Shown here piece by piece: positions 1-11,310 of a stretch of DNA of 64,000 nucleotides. The position numbers were made by a program, and so were the translations under genes. The notes below the pieces were generated by a model. The model was not told where the DNA came from, ran no database searches, and was given only the letters and a program-made list of their open reading frames with translations. This stretch comes from Macrostomum lignano (lineage: Eukaryota): contig NIVC01000164.1 of NCBI GenBank assembly GCA_002269645.1, positions 186,001 to 250,000 of the forward strand, read 5' to 3'. Numbering within the stretch: position 1 is the stretch's first letter; the number at the start of each line of letters is the position of its first letter.

Positions 1-187
1 TTCGGCAACTCTCGGCCGCGCTGCTCCTTCAGGAAGATCAGAATGCTGTTGCGCAACTGGGTTGCGTCATCGCCAAGAGTTTTAGCGGTCGTGGCGGCTT
101 TCTCACCCAGAATGCGCCAGTGAATGCGGCAGCGCTGGTGAAGATTGCGCATCTTGACGCCGTCTTTAGTGAACTTGTGCGCTGTGC
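1..187 (-). CDS. Mx: Mx-like dynamin-family GTPase, exon 6 (stalk/middle domain; gene continues beyond window)
   Basis: Acceptor catcag| at 188-189; phase matches exon 5; translates GTAHKFTKDG...LKEQRGRELP, containing the Mx-family RGRELP motif. Confidence 0.85.
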
Positions 188-584
188 CTGATGTTTTAGA
201 CGGTTGAGTTGGCGTAAATTGTAGTAGTATGTTGTGCGCATTGAAGGTTTTTATAATTGTGCTCTTTTCAAACGAAAGGTTTACTGAATGTCTCAGGGAG
301 TCAATGAGTTCACATGAAGCCAACAAATAATTGGCTTGGGGTCAACGGGTTCGTTTGAGTCAAATTCATTTTAAGTTACATTAACGCGTTCTGTTGGGAT
401 CAAGGATTTGACTTGAGGTCATGAAGTTCACTTGAGGTCACAGAGTCAACATGGGATTTATGACTTCTCCAGGGGTCAAGGCTTAAAGAGTCAGAGAGTT
501 GATTTCAGAAATCCAGGAGTTGAGGAGCTTGAGGAGTTCTCAAAGTAACAAAACAGCAACAAAAACTGCTGTACCGTCCCTCAC

Positions 585-750
585 CGTCTGCTTCCGAGCT
601 GAACATTCTAACGAAGTCGTTGTACATTCTGGCGATCATGGCAACCTTCTCGCGGTCGTCTTCTGGCGGCCCGACTCCCAGCTCTTCCAGCTGCTGGGTG
701 AGCCGTTCGCGCACCACCTGCACATCCTTGATGACTTCGGGAATGAATTT
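585..750 (-). CDS. Mx: Mx-like GTPase, exon 5
   Basis: cacag| acceptor, |gtgagg donor; KFIPEVIKDVQVVRERLTQQLEELGVGPPEDDREK...; phases consistent with neighbouring exons. Confidence 0.85.
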
Positions 751-901
751 CTGTGAAGATAAGGGACAGGTGTGAAGTGCTTCGACTTTCTCGTAGATTC
801 TTCCATTTCAAATTTCTATTCCTAAATTTTGGCCCAGCATTTTACATTAGGGTATGAAAGCATAACAAAACAAACAAACTAACAAACAAACACTGACTGA
901 A

Positions 902-1126
<225 letters not shown>

Positions 1127-1131
1127 CAGAC

Positions 1132-1406
1132 CTTGATAAGGGTGAGCAGCTCTGTGCTCAGCCGCTTAGCCAGAGTATCGGTGCCGCGCTGGCTCGGGTC
1201 CAGCTGGCTGAAGAACGGATCGTTAGAGAAGAAGCGCATCTCGTCGACTTTCGCCTCCCTCAATGACTTCCTGCTCTTGATGTCCTCCTGGTTGCGGCAC
1301 TTGACAGTGATGTAGCCTTTGGACAGCGGAAAGGTGATGTTGCGTGCGATCTGCAGCTTCTCTTCTTCGGCGCCTTTGTTCACCAGATCCGGGAAGGTGA
1401 GAACAC
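1132..1406 (-). CDS. Mx: Mx-like GTPase, exon 4 (G4 region)
   Basis: ctgcag| acceptor; GVLTFPDLVNKGAEE...KGYITVKCRNQEDI...GTDTLAKRLSTELLTLIK matches Mx GTPase domain C-terminus. Confidence 0.9.
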
Positions 1407-1644
1407 CTGCAGGGTAGGCGATTAGTAGTGATTAGACCATAGCTACAGGCAAGTATGCATGGTAAAAGCGGAGCAGCTCAGCGGAGCAGTCTGCAACCCA
1501 AATTAACCAAGTGAAACTTCTAGAATTGAACCGTTGGGGAAAATGGAAGCCACATTGCACTACAAATAATTAGAAACCCCAATGGAGGTGCTGACAGGCT
1601 AGTCATTTGCACTAGAAAAGTGCGCTGCTAATATATGCACTCAC

Positions 1645-1783
1645 CGATAGTTCTCAGACCGTATGGATCAACATCCTTGGCTAGCTGGAGGGCTTCCATA
1701 GTGGCCGTATCGGCGCTCAGAGGAATGACAGTCAAAATGATGGTCTCCTCGCGCTGGATGTACTCTTTGATGATGTCCGTTGT
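1645..1783 (-). CDS. Mx: Mx-like GTPase, exon 3
   Basis: aacag| ... |gtgagt; TTDIIKEYIQREETIILTVIPLSADTATMEALQLAKDVDPYGLRTIG, typical Mx/dynamin segment. Confidence 0.9.
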
Positions 1784-1852
1784 CTGTTGATAAAACGGTA
1801 CGGTTTGTTATCTGCGCTTGCTTGTAACTGTTTTAAAATTAAATACATACAG

Positions 1853-2885
1853 AAGGGGTGCAGCTACAGAGAGGGCGCCAGATACAAGAGGCGGGAGCTA
1901 AAAGGGGGCGCCAGCTACAGAGAGGGCACCAGCTACAGAGATGGCACAAGCTACAAAGGGGATGCCCAGCTACAGAGAGGGCGCCAGCTACAGAGAGGGT
2001 GCCAGCTACAGAGAGGGCACCAGCTACAGAGATGGCACAAGCTACAGAGGAGATGCCCAGCTACAGAGATGGCACCAGCTACAGAAGGGACGCCCAGCTA
2101 CAGAGAGGACGCCAGCTACAGAGAGGATGCCAGCTACAGAGAGGGCGTCAGCTACAGAGATGGCACCAGCTACAGAGGGGATGCCCAGCTACAAAGAGGG
2201 TGCCAGCTACAGAGAGGGCGCCAGCTACAGAGATGGCACCAGCTACAGAGAGGGTGCCAGCTACAGAGAGGGTGCCAGCTACAGAGAGGTTGCCAGCTAC
2301 AGAGAGAGCACCAGCTACAGAGAGGTTGCCAGCTACAGAGAGGGTGCCAGCTACAGAGAGGGTGCCAGCTACAGAGAGGGTGCCAGCTACAGAGGGGATG
2401 CCCAGCTACAAAGAGGGTTCCAGCTACAGAGAGGGTGCCAGCTACAGAGAGGGTGCCAGCTACAGAGAGGGTGCCAGCTACAGAGAGGGTGCCAGCTACA
2501 AAGAGGGTGCCAGCTACAGAGAGGGTGCCAGCTACAGAGAGGGTGCCAGCTACAGAGAGGGTGCCAGCTACAGAGAGGGTGCCAGCTACAGAGAGGGTGC
2601 CAGCTACAGAGAGGGTGCCAGCTACAGAGAGGGTGCCAGCTACAGAGAGGGTGCCAGCTACAGAGAGGGTGCCAGCTACAGAGAGGGCGCCAGCTACAGA
2701 GAGGGTGCCAGCTACAGAGAGGGTGCCAGCTACAAAGAGGGTGCCAGCTACAGAGAGGGTGCCAGCTACAGAGAGGGTGCCAGCTACAGAGAGGGTGCCA
2801 GCTACAGAGAGGGTGCCAGCTACAGAGAGGGTGCCAGCTACAGAGAGGGCGCCAGCTACAGAGAGGGTGCCAGCTACATAGAGGA
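1853..2885 (+). repeat. ~18-bp minisatellite (gccagctacagagagggt) in Mx intron 2
   Basis: Dozens of near-identical units; source of several spurious long ORFs. Confidence 0.95.
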
Positions 2886-3045
2886 CGCCACACTTTAAGC
2901 GATTTATATGTCAAGCCTAATTTCAATTTTTCTGGAAAAAACCCCAGTGCTTGATTAAATGCTGTACGCACGTGTCAGTTACATTTACTTAAACAAACGG
3001 TTCACAAAACGAATTTGTTATGTCACAGCTTCGTTCGGTGCTCAC

Positions 3046-3185
3046 CAACTTGTACAGATTGACAGAGCCACCGTCGGAGTGGCTGTACCGGGCGATTCCG
3101 GGCAGGTCGACCAGAGTCAGATTGGGCAAGTCCGGCGCTTCAAGAGTCATCTCGATTATGTTCTTGGAGATGGCCTTCTTGTGGC
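3046..3185 (-). CDS. Mx: Mx-like GTPase, exon 2 (G3 motif)
   Basis: ttcag| ... |gtgagc; contains PNLTLVDLPGIA (dynamin G3 DLPG). Confidence 0.9.
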
Positions 3186-3227
3186 CTGAAATTGGTCGGA
3201 GTTGCCTTAATTACAACACAGAAAGAG

Positions 3228-4320
3228 CGCCAGCACCAGGGGCTTTAGCACCAGTGGCTTTAGCACCAGTGGCTTTAGCACCAGGGGCTTTAGCACCAGT
3301 GGCTTTAGCACCAGGGGCTTTAGCACCAGTGGCTTTAGCACCAGGGGCTTTAGATGGGGTTGCGATAGGGGCCTCGCGGCCTATTCGCGGCGCCTGCGCC
3401 CCCCGTCAGTAGTAAGTAAGTAAGTTAGCACCAGGGGCTTCAACACCAGGGGCTTTAGCACCAGGGGCGCCAGCACCAGGGGCGCCAGCACCAGTGGCTT
3501 TAGCACCAGGGGCGCCAGCACCAGGGGCTTTAGCACCAGTGGCTTTAGCACCAGTGGCTTTAGCACCAGTGGCTTTAGCACCAGGGGCGCCAGCACCAGG
3601 GGCGCCAGCACCAGGGGCGCCAGCACCAGGGGCGCCAGCACCAGGGGCGCCAGCACCAGGGGCGCCAGCACCAGGGGCGCCAGCACCAGGGGCGCCAGCA
3701 CCAGGGGCGCCAGCACCAGGGGCGCCAGCACCAGGGGCGCCAGCACCAGGGGCGCCAGCACCAGGGGCGCCAGCACCAGGGGCGCCAGCACCAGGGGCGC
3801 CAGCACCAGGGGCGCCAGCACCAGGGGCGCCAGCACCAGGGGCTTTAGCACTAGGGACTTTAGCACCAGTGGCTTTAACACCAGGGGCTTTAGCACCAAG
3901 GGACTTTAGCACCAGGGGCTTTAGCACCAGGGGCTTTAGCACCAGGGGCTTTAGATGGGGTTGCGATAGGGGCCTCGCGGCCTATTCGCGGCGCCTGCGC
4001 CCCCCGTCAGTAGTAAGTAAGTAAGTTAGCACCAGGGGCTTTAACACCAGGGGCTTTAGCACCAGGGGCGCCAGCACCAGGGGCTTTAGCACCAGTGGCT
4101 TTAGCACCAGGGGCTTTAGCACCAGTGGCTTTAGCACCAGTGGCTTTAGCACCAGGGGCTTTAGCACCAGGGGCGCCAGCACCAGGGGCTTTAGCACTAG
4201 GGACTTTAGCACCAGTGGCTTTAGCACCAGGAGCTTTAGCACCAAGGGACTTTAGCACCAGGGGCTTTAGCACCAGGGGCTTTAGCACCAGAGGCTTTAG
4301 CACCAGGGGCGCCAGAGCTA
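3228..4320 (+). repeat. 15-bp minisatellite (gcaccaggggcttta/gcgcca) with a duplicated unique spacer
   Basis: Tandem units; an ~80-bp non-repeat block occurs twice, at ~3351-3430 and ~3951-4030. Confidence 0.95.
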
Positions 4321-4430
4321 CTGTAAGGGGGTGCCATATACATTATCCTCCCTCTCATATTCCATACCAAATGGTGCAAAACCGAATTCTCGTACACTAA
4401 ATTAACAGGCGAGTCAGATATACTACTGAC

Positions 4431-4989
4431 CAGTAATACGCATCTGGGCATTCTGGATAGCATTCTCCACATCGTCAGGCGAGTCGATGTCCCAGTGCAC
4501 CTCCTTGCCCTGCGCGTCAAAGTATCGAACTGTGCCACGCCATTTCTTATCGCTGGAACGCATGCTGAGCTGCAGCGGGCACAATGTCACCACGCCATTG
4601 CCGCGCGGGAAGCTGACTCCGCTGATGGTCTCCAGCACGGAGCTCTTGCCCGACGATTGGTCGCCAATCACCACAATTGATGGCAATTTCAGCTCCTTGG
4701 CGAAGCCCAGGCCGCGAAGCTTGGAGATCTGGTCGAGGCACGGCTTGATCTGTTCGGCGTAGGCCTTCGCCAGGGCCGAATTCATTTCAGCAATGCGGGC
4801 TTGGTACTCCAGACTGGGCGGCTCCACCCGGTGTACATCGCTGATCATTGGATGGGCCTTCATTGCTGGCGAGGCAGCGCCGCCAAACATCGGACTGTCG
4901 ACCCGCAAGCCACCGGGTCCATCGCCGCCGAAATTTCTCGGCGTCTGCATCGGCTGAGGCGGCGTCTGCGCAGGCGAGAATTGAGGCAT
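4431..4989 (-). CDS. Mx: Mx-like GTPase, first recognisable coding exon (G1/G2); true start uncertain
   Basis: [38 protein letters not shown] (Mx-type P-loop); donor |gtcagt at 4430. First in-frame ATG at 4989; frame open to 5211; possible acceptor ttttaccag at 5056. Confidence 0.85.
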
Positions 4990-5439
4990 GGAGGCTGGCG
5001 ACTCCGAGCGCAGGAGGCCCGCTCCGCTTGCGACGCTGCCGCCAACGCCGCCGAGCTGGTAAAATGACGGCGGCGGTAGCGACGGCGGCGGCTGGCCGTA
5101 GCTGGGATTTGGCTGCACCCTGCTGGACGGGGATTTGGGATATGGCTTTGAGCTGTGTGCGTTGTGCTTAAGTGATGCTCTGATATACGAGGGTAAGGTG
5201 TGAAGGCTCAAAGTTACTTAGATATGTTAAAGGCTCAAGTGGGGTTGTTGAATATCAGTTTCCAATTGCGCGGGCACATAGGAAATTCACGTGACGCTGT
5301 TCATACGCAAGCCAAGCTGGAAGAGATCGGATTCCGACAGCTGAACCACCCGAGCTTACTGTCCTTGGTAGAGCCAAATCGATACGACGCATAAGAGAAG
5401 CGGGACGCAGCCAACAAATCATTGCTTCGCTTAGCGCGC

Positions 5440-5693
5440 CTGTCTCTTGCTTGGCGCCCCGTCTCTTGGTGGGCGTCCCTGTCTCTTGGTGGGCGCCCCT
5501 GCCTCTTGGTGGGCGTCCCTGTCTCTTGGTGGGCGCCCCTGCCTCTTGGTTGGAGCACCTGCCTCTTGGTTGGAGCACCTGTCTCTTGGTTGGAGCACCC
5601 GTCTCTTGGTTGGAGCACCTGTCTCTTGGTGGGCGCCCCTGTCTCTTGGTGGGCGCCCCTGCCTTTTGATAGGCGCCCCTCTCTCTTGATAGG
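5440..5693 (+). repeat. GGCGCC-containing minisatellite interrupted by the Gypsy insertion (continues 10185-10240)
   Basis: Unit cccctgtctcttggtgggcg; removing 5694-10189 regenerates a unit (ttgataggcgcccct). Confidence 0.85.
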
Positions 5694-5854
5694 TGTTGTG
5701 TTGCGACACAGAAGTCTTATGTTTCCAGATGCTTGTATGGATCTAGAGCAGCTGTGTAGTTATAAGTGCTCTTTAACACTCGTTTATTAGTCGTGTCCAT
5801 AGACATAAATCAAACACACAGAGAATGAGTCTATGAGTCTATCATAACATAACA
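5694..5854 (-). repeat. 161-bp LTR (TGTTATG...CAACA), preceded by PPT GAAGAAGGGAGA (5855-5866)
   Basis: TG...CA ends, internal AATAAA, polypurine tract immediately upstream on the minus strand. Confidence 0.85.
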
Positions 5855-5941
5855 TCTCCCTTCTTCAGAGGGATTCCTATGTGTAAGTAAAATAAATCCT
5901 CTTTCCGGAAGTTCTGTTCTACACTGACACCTTTTCATTAG

Positions 5942-8212
5942 TCAATGTGCCTGAAATCGCACGACTGGCTTCACCACACGTCCACTCCGTGTTGTATAGC
6001 CATTTGTCGTCCTAGGTGACTGACATTGTTGTGCATTAGGTGCTTGTGCTGATTGTTTGCTGTCTATATTTTCCTCCACTGCTTCGTGCTTATCCGGTTG
6101 ACTTTGAGAAGCTTTCAGTGGTGCGGTAGTTTCCTTTCCGAATGCATCTTCAAGGGTTTCTCTTTGTGGAACAGCGATTTCTTCTGCTGCTCCAGTCCGT
6201 TGAGTCAAAAACGATTTGTTCCGACGTAGTAGCTTTCCTTGTTCATCGCGAACTATATAAGAACGGTCATTCACTCTCATGTGCACTTCTGCTGGCTGCC
6301 ATCGTCGTGTTGATTCTTGCATCCAAACCTTTTCTCCACAACCAAATTCTCTCCTCTCCTTAGATCCACGGTTGTAATATTCTTCGGCCTTGTTCTGCTG
6401 GTCCTTTAGCTTCTGCAGTACTTTCCTGGACATGACCTGTCTAGGAATTAGATCTGCTTTGGGATCGGCAAATCATAGCGCAGTTTGTGTCCAAAGACTA
6501 GCTCAGCGGGTGATGGCATTCCATGCTCGATAGGAGTGTTCTTGTAATGCAGCAGTGCCATGTGCTCGCCTTCATTGCTCTTCAGAACCTTCTTTAAAAT
6601 ATTCTTGATCGTTTGAACGCCTCTTTCCGCTAATCCGTTGGACTGGCTGTACTTCGGCGATGATGTAGCATGCTTGAAGCCGTACTCTTTCGCGAAACGA
6701 CCAAATTCTCTTCCCGAGAATGGAGGTCCATTGTCAGATCTTAAAATCTCGCAAACTCCATAGGTCTGGAAATACTTCTTTAGTTGGGGAATCACAGAGG
6801 CAGCTGAAGTATTGTTGATCCTAGCGTATTCGATCATCCGACTGTATTTATCAACATATATCAGGAAATTCTTCCCGTCAATATGGAAAATATCCGTGCC
6901 ACATTCCTGAAATGGGTAGTCCGGTAGGCACTGAGCCACCATCGGTTCCTTCTGTGGCTTTCTTTGGCTTTCCTGGCAGGCAATGCACGCTGAAGTCATT
7001 TCTTGAATATCACATCTAATTCCAGGCCAGTAGACGCTCTCTGACGCCTTTAAGCTTGCCTTCACAATTCCAGGGTGTCCAGTATGCAGCTTCTGTAGCA
7101 CTTCCATTCTCATTGAGTTTGGAACGACTATTCGGTTCTTCATCCAGATCAGATTGCCATGCGCAGTCAGATCATGTCTGACGTTCCAGAAACAACGAAG
7201 CTCAGTCACGAGCTGGCTTCTGTGGTGAGGCCAACCAACACCGATGATCTCAGCGAGTTGTTGCAGTGTTGAGTCCTTTGCCGTTTCATTTTCCAGTTTC
7301 TGCATCAGTTCTGGGAATCCAACCGACATTCTAACACCGAGCACGTGACCTTCGATGTCATCTTCGAGTTGTTTAGAGGCATGTACGTTCTTTAAGAAAG
7401 CGCGGCTTAGAGTGTCTGGAATGTGCAAGTCTTTACCGGGAATGTATATAATGTGCAGGTCGTACTTCTGAACTAGTAGCATCAGTCTCTGCAATCTTGC
7501 TGTAAGAGTTGAAATTGGCTTCCGGAAGATGTTCTCTAGCGGCTTGTGGTCGCTCTCGACCGTTACCTTGTGTCCCCAGACGTACTGGTGGAATCGCTTG
7601 CAGCCAAACACAATAGCCAAAAGTTCCTTTTCGATCTGAGCATACTTCCGTTGGGATGGCGTCAGTGATGACGAAGCGTATTCCAGCGGGTGTCCATCTT
7701 GCAGGATAGTTGCTCCGAGACCGTGTTGACTAGCATCGACTGACAGAGTAAGTGGTGCGTTCGGGTTATAGCGAGCTAAGACTGGTGCGTCGCAAAGACT
7801 CTGCAAAATTGATTCGTACGCTTTTTCGTGTTCATTTGTCCAGTTCCACTGAGCATTCTTCGTCAGCAATGTGCGTAGCGGTGCTGCCTTAGATGACAGA
7901 TCCGAAATGAATTTGGACAAAAAATTTGCACATCCTAGAAATCGCATAAGTTGCTGCTTTCTCTCATTACCGGATAGAGTATCTGGTCGGGGCATATCGC
8001 GCATTGCTTTTACTTTGTCTGGGTCGACTTTAATTCCGGTGTGCGAAAGTATGTTGCCGAGGAATTTCAACTCCTTCAATCCGACTTTCCGCTTTTTATA
8101 ATTCAGGCGCAAATTCTTCGCACGGCACATTTCCATAAGCTGCTTCACAGCTTCATCGTGTTCTTCAACAGTCTTGCCCCAAACAATGAAGTCGTCAATA
8201 AAATTGTTGCAG
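5942..8212 (-). CDS. Gypsy pol 3' half: RT C-terminus (FIDD), RNase H, integrase; 1-bp frameshift near 6460
   Basis: CNNFIDDFIVWG; SVDASQHGLG; YAQIEKELLA; HHCC zinc finger (HTGHPG..CIAC); DDE residues GTDIF / SDNGP / GLAERG. Confidence 0.9.
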
Positions 8213-8272
8213 AACAGATGAAAGACAAGACTATACGTCTTTGCCTAGACCCTCAGCATCTGAATGCCAACA

Positions 8273-8286
8273 TGGTGTCAGAGGTG
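8273..8286 (+). promoter_or_regulatory. Primer binding site (tRNA-Leu-like)
   Basis: TGGTGTCAGAGGTG upstream of gag, near-complementary to the tRNA-Leu 3' end; typical of Mag-type elements. Confidence 0.75.
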
Positions 8287-8353
8287 CACTTGTGAAGAGC
8301 TCTGGATTTGAATTGTCAAACGCAGTACTGTGCTCAACTGGATCTGGATTCAA

Positions 8354-9283
8354 ATGGATGGCGGGCTCAAACCCCCAAAGCCATTCTGCTTTGATGAGCA
8401 CAAGGCGGAAAACTGGAGTAAATGGATTTCTGCGTTCGAGCTCTATATGACTGCAACCAAGCGTGACGAATCACCGGCTAAAGTGCAAATAGCGACACTG
8501 CTAACAGCCATCGGAGAAGAAGGTCGTGAGATTTATTCAACTTTCGAGAAATCGGAAGGAGACGAAGAGCTGTCGAAAGTGACGAAACTGTTCGAAGAAT
8601 ATTGCAAGCCGAGTGCGAACGAAACTTTCGAGCGCTACAAATTTCGGCAACGCAGGCAGAACGAGCATGAGAGCATTGACTCATTCGTCAGCGGCCTGAA
8701 ACAACTTATCAAGACATGCTCATTCGAGAAGCCAGCCTACGAATTGACGGTGAACGAATCAATAATCAGAGATCAGATTGTCCTCGGAATCAGAGACACA
8801 GAGTTGCGAGAACGGCTTCTACGTGAGCAGGAGTTGACGCTAGATAAGGCTATATCTATCTGCCGTGCAAGTGAATCATCAAAGACCCAAGTGCGGATCA
8901 TGACGGGAAACACCTCCGGAGAGATTTCGAAATACATCCAGAGAGAAGTCAATTCTGTTGTGAAGCCTCGCTCAACAGGCAGACCAGATCTCAAGTACAA
9001 GGAGAGACGTCCGAACAAAAGGTTTGGGTCCAATGGAAAGCCGATGGTAGGAAAGTCGGAGGGTTGCTCATTCTGTGGTAAGAAACACAAGAAAGGTTCA
9101 TGCCCTACATATGGCAAGACGTGCAAATCTTGCGGAAAGCAAAATCACTTCAGCAACGTTTGTCGGAATAAGACCGTAAGAGCCTTGGATCGAAATACAA
9201 ATGAAAGCTCAGAATCTGATCGTCAAGATTCGTGGGTTATGGTCAGCATCTCTGCGACCGGGTGGCAACGACAAAGACAGTAG
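8354..9283 (+). CDS. Gypsy Gag
   Basis: MDGGLKPPKPF...NWSKW; tandem zinc knuckles CX2CX3HX4C and CX2CX4HX4C (Mag hallmark). Confidence 0.9.
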   Translation: MDGGLKPPKPFCFDEHKAENWSKWISAFELYMTATKRDESPAKVQIATLLTAIGEEGREIYSTFEKSEGDEELSKVTKLFEEYCKPSANETFERYKFRQRRQNEHESIDSFVSGLKQLIKTCSFEKPAYELTVNESIIRDQIVLGIRDTELRERLLREQELTLDKAISICRASESSKTQVRIMTGNTSGEISKYIQREVNSVVKPRSTGRPDLKYKERRPNKRFGSNGKPMVGKSEGCSFCGKKHKKGSCPTYGKTCKSCGKQNHFSNVCRNKTVRALDRNTNESSESDRQDSWVMVSISATGWQRQRQ

Positions 9284-10179
9284 AACAACTGTTGGTATCA
9301 AAATCGAAGGTCAGCTGGTGAATTGCAAATGCGACACAGGAGCGGACGCAAATGTACTCCCTGAACATCTGCTTAGGCGGATTGCACCAAACACGTCGAT
9401 ACAAGCAACGTCTTGCAGACTCTTTTGCTATAAAAGGTCGCGCCTAACAGTCGCAGGGAAGGTACAATTGAAACTGGAATATGAAGGAGTCAAGCATAAA
9501 AATGAATTTATTGTGATTAAAGAGAGGCTCATTCCACTCATCGGATGGAAAACTGCAGAAGAGATAGGCCTGGTGAAATTCAACTTCGGAGTTTCTGTTC
9601 AACCTGAAGGGTTTAAGTCCACGTGGACAGATGAAAGATTTCTTCGAGAGTATCCCGATGTCTTTGAAGGAACAGGTTGCTTACCTGGGAGTTATCACAT
9701 CAGCCTGCGCGATGACAAAGAATCTTGGACGGATCGCCCTCGAAGAATCCCGTTTGCAGCAATGCAACCTTTGAAGGCTGAATTAGATCGCCTGGTTTCG
9801 GATGGACTCATCACCAAGTGTGATGAGCCCACGAAGTACGTTTCAAATGTGGTCGTCGTCTGGAAGGCAGACAAGACTATACGTCTTTGCCTAGACCCTC
9901 AGCATCTGAATGCCAACATAATGAGAGAGCAGTATCAGATACCGTCTTATGACGAAATTATTGCAGAAATCGGAAACGCTGCTCTGTTCTCAACTTTTGA
10001 TGCGACTGCGAGTTTTCACCAGATTGCATTGGATTATGAAAGTTCGTTGATGACGTGCTTTCACACACCTTTTGGACGATATCGTTGGCTGAGAATGCCC
10101 TATGGAATTTTTTCCGCATCGGAAGTCTACCAGAAGCGAGTTCGGGAGGAGATCTCGGACAAGATCAGAAACTGCAACA
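9260..10179 (+). CDS. Gypsy protease plus RT N-terminal half (truncated just before the YxDD-equivalent)
   Basis: CKCDTGADANV protease; IRLCLDPQHLN, FSTFDATASFHQI, TPFGRYRWLRMPYG. Probably fused to Gag in the ancestor (extra G at ~9260). Confidence 0.9.
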
Positions 10180-11100
10180 CAACAATAGGCGCCCCTGTCT
10201 CATGGCGGGCGCCCTGTAAATTGGTGGGCGCCATTCTGTCTCATACTGTAGGCCGGTAGATGGCACGTCAGAGGTGGCAAAAAAGCTCAAATCCTGCTTA
10301 TCCTGTTTACCTGTTCACCCCCCGAGTTTGGTTGCCCATTGCATTTAGGTTTAGCTTTTGAAGTAGCAAAATTTTCATGGTGTTACATGTATTTTTATGA
10401 CAGTGATTGAGTAGGGGCATTACAATACATCAGGTTGTATCGGTGAAATGTGTCAGCCCCCACCAGCTTCCTGTACATGTAGATTGGAATTTGACTAGAA
10501 AGTCGTTTTCTGTGACTACAATGAACCGAAGATTATACCATTAAACAAGTGGCTACCACATTGTTACGTGTCATATCTTAATCCTGTAAATTATCTACAT
10601 GTAACTCATAGCAAACTCACCTGCTTTCAACAAACCTGCGGCCTAGCAGTTCTTCCGGATCTGGCAATTGCCTACTGGGCTGTCCGTTCATCTTCTCTGC
10701 AGCTTGTATGCGATATGATCTATAGAATACTTTTTGGTCACAGAGCAGAGGAATTGGGTCTACAGTAGAAGCAGCCGCAGGCAGCAGCTGGGCAAAGGAA
10801 TTTATTGCCGCTCAAAAATGAGGTGGTCGGCCAGGAGGGGTGACGCGGGGGCAAACTCGGACCGCGCAGGGCATCTAAGAAAAAGCTAGGAGAGAGAGAG
10901 AGAAAAGAATGTCTTTACCATTTTTTAACCCCGAAGATGTGCTGCTGCATCTGGTTGAGCCTTATAAGTCTCTCTCCCTGTATATACCTTTCACCTGGCC
11001 GAGGGAGTCTTATAAATAAAATCTGGAGTAGAGACTAGACTCCAAAAACACTCAAATAAGTTTTGTATCACAGACAGATGAAGACCATAGGGCAGTATTT

Positions 11101-11310
11101 TCCGGATCGGAATTGCTGAGATGTCAGGACTTACAGGGGGAATTGCTGAAGTGTCAAGGCTTACAGGGGGAATTGCTGAAGTGTCAAGGCTTACAGGGGG
11201 AATTGCTGAAGTGTCAAGGCTTACAGGGGTAATTGCCGAGATGTCAAAGCTTACAGGGGGAATTGCTGAAGTGTCAAGGCTTACAGGGGGAATTGCTGAA
11301 GTGTCAAGGC
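11101..11310 (+). repeat. 30-bp tandem repeat, ~7 copies
   Basis: gaattgctgaagtgtcaaggcttacagggg units. Confidence 0.9.

Larger units (their letters stand above)
5694..10184. mobile_element. Ty3/Gypsy (Mag-clade-like) LTR retrotransposon, internally inverted, single LTR
   Basis: 5-bp TSD ATAGG (5689-5693, 10185-10189); termini TGTTGTGTTGC / GCAACACAACA; gag-PR-RT(N) on plus, RT(C)-RNaseH-INT-PPT-LTR on minus. Confidence 0.92.

Noticed and set aside
1787-4400. Long ORFs (SYREGA, LQRGCQ, APGA repeats)
   Set aside because: Translations of intronic minisatellites, open in several frames on both strands.
5200-5394. Short ORF faintly resembling mariner L.E.G...L.HP
   Set aside because: Too short and lacks catalytic motifs; may be chance.
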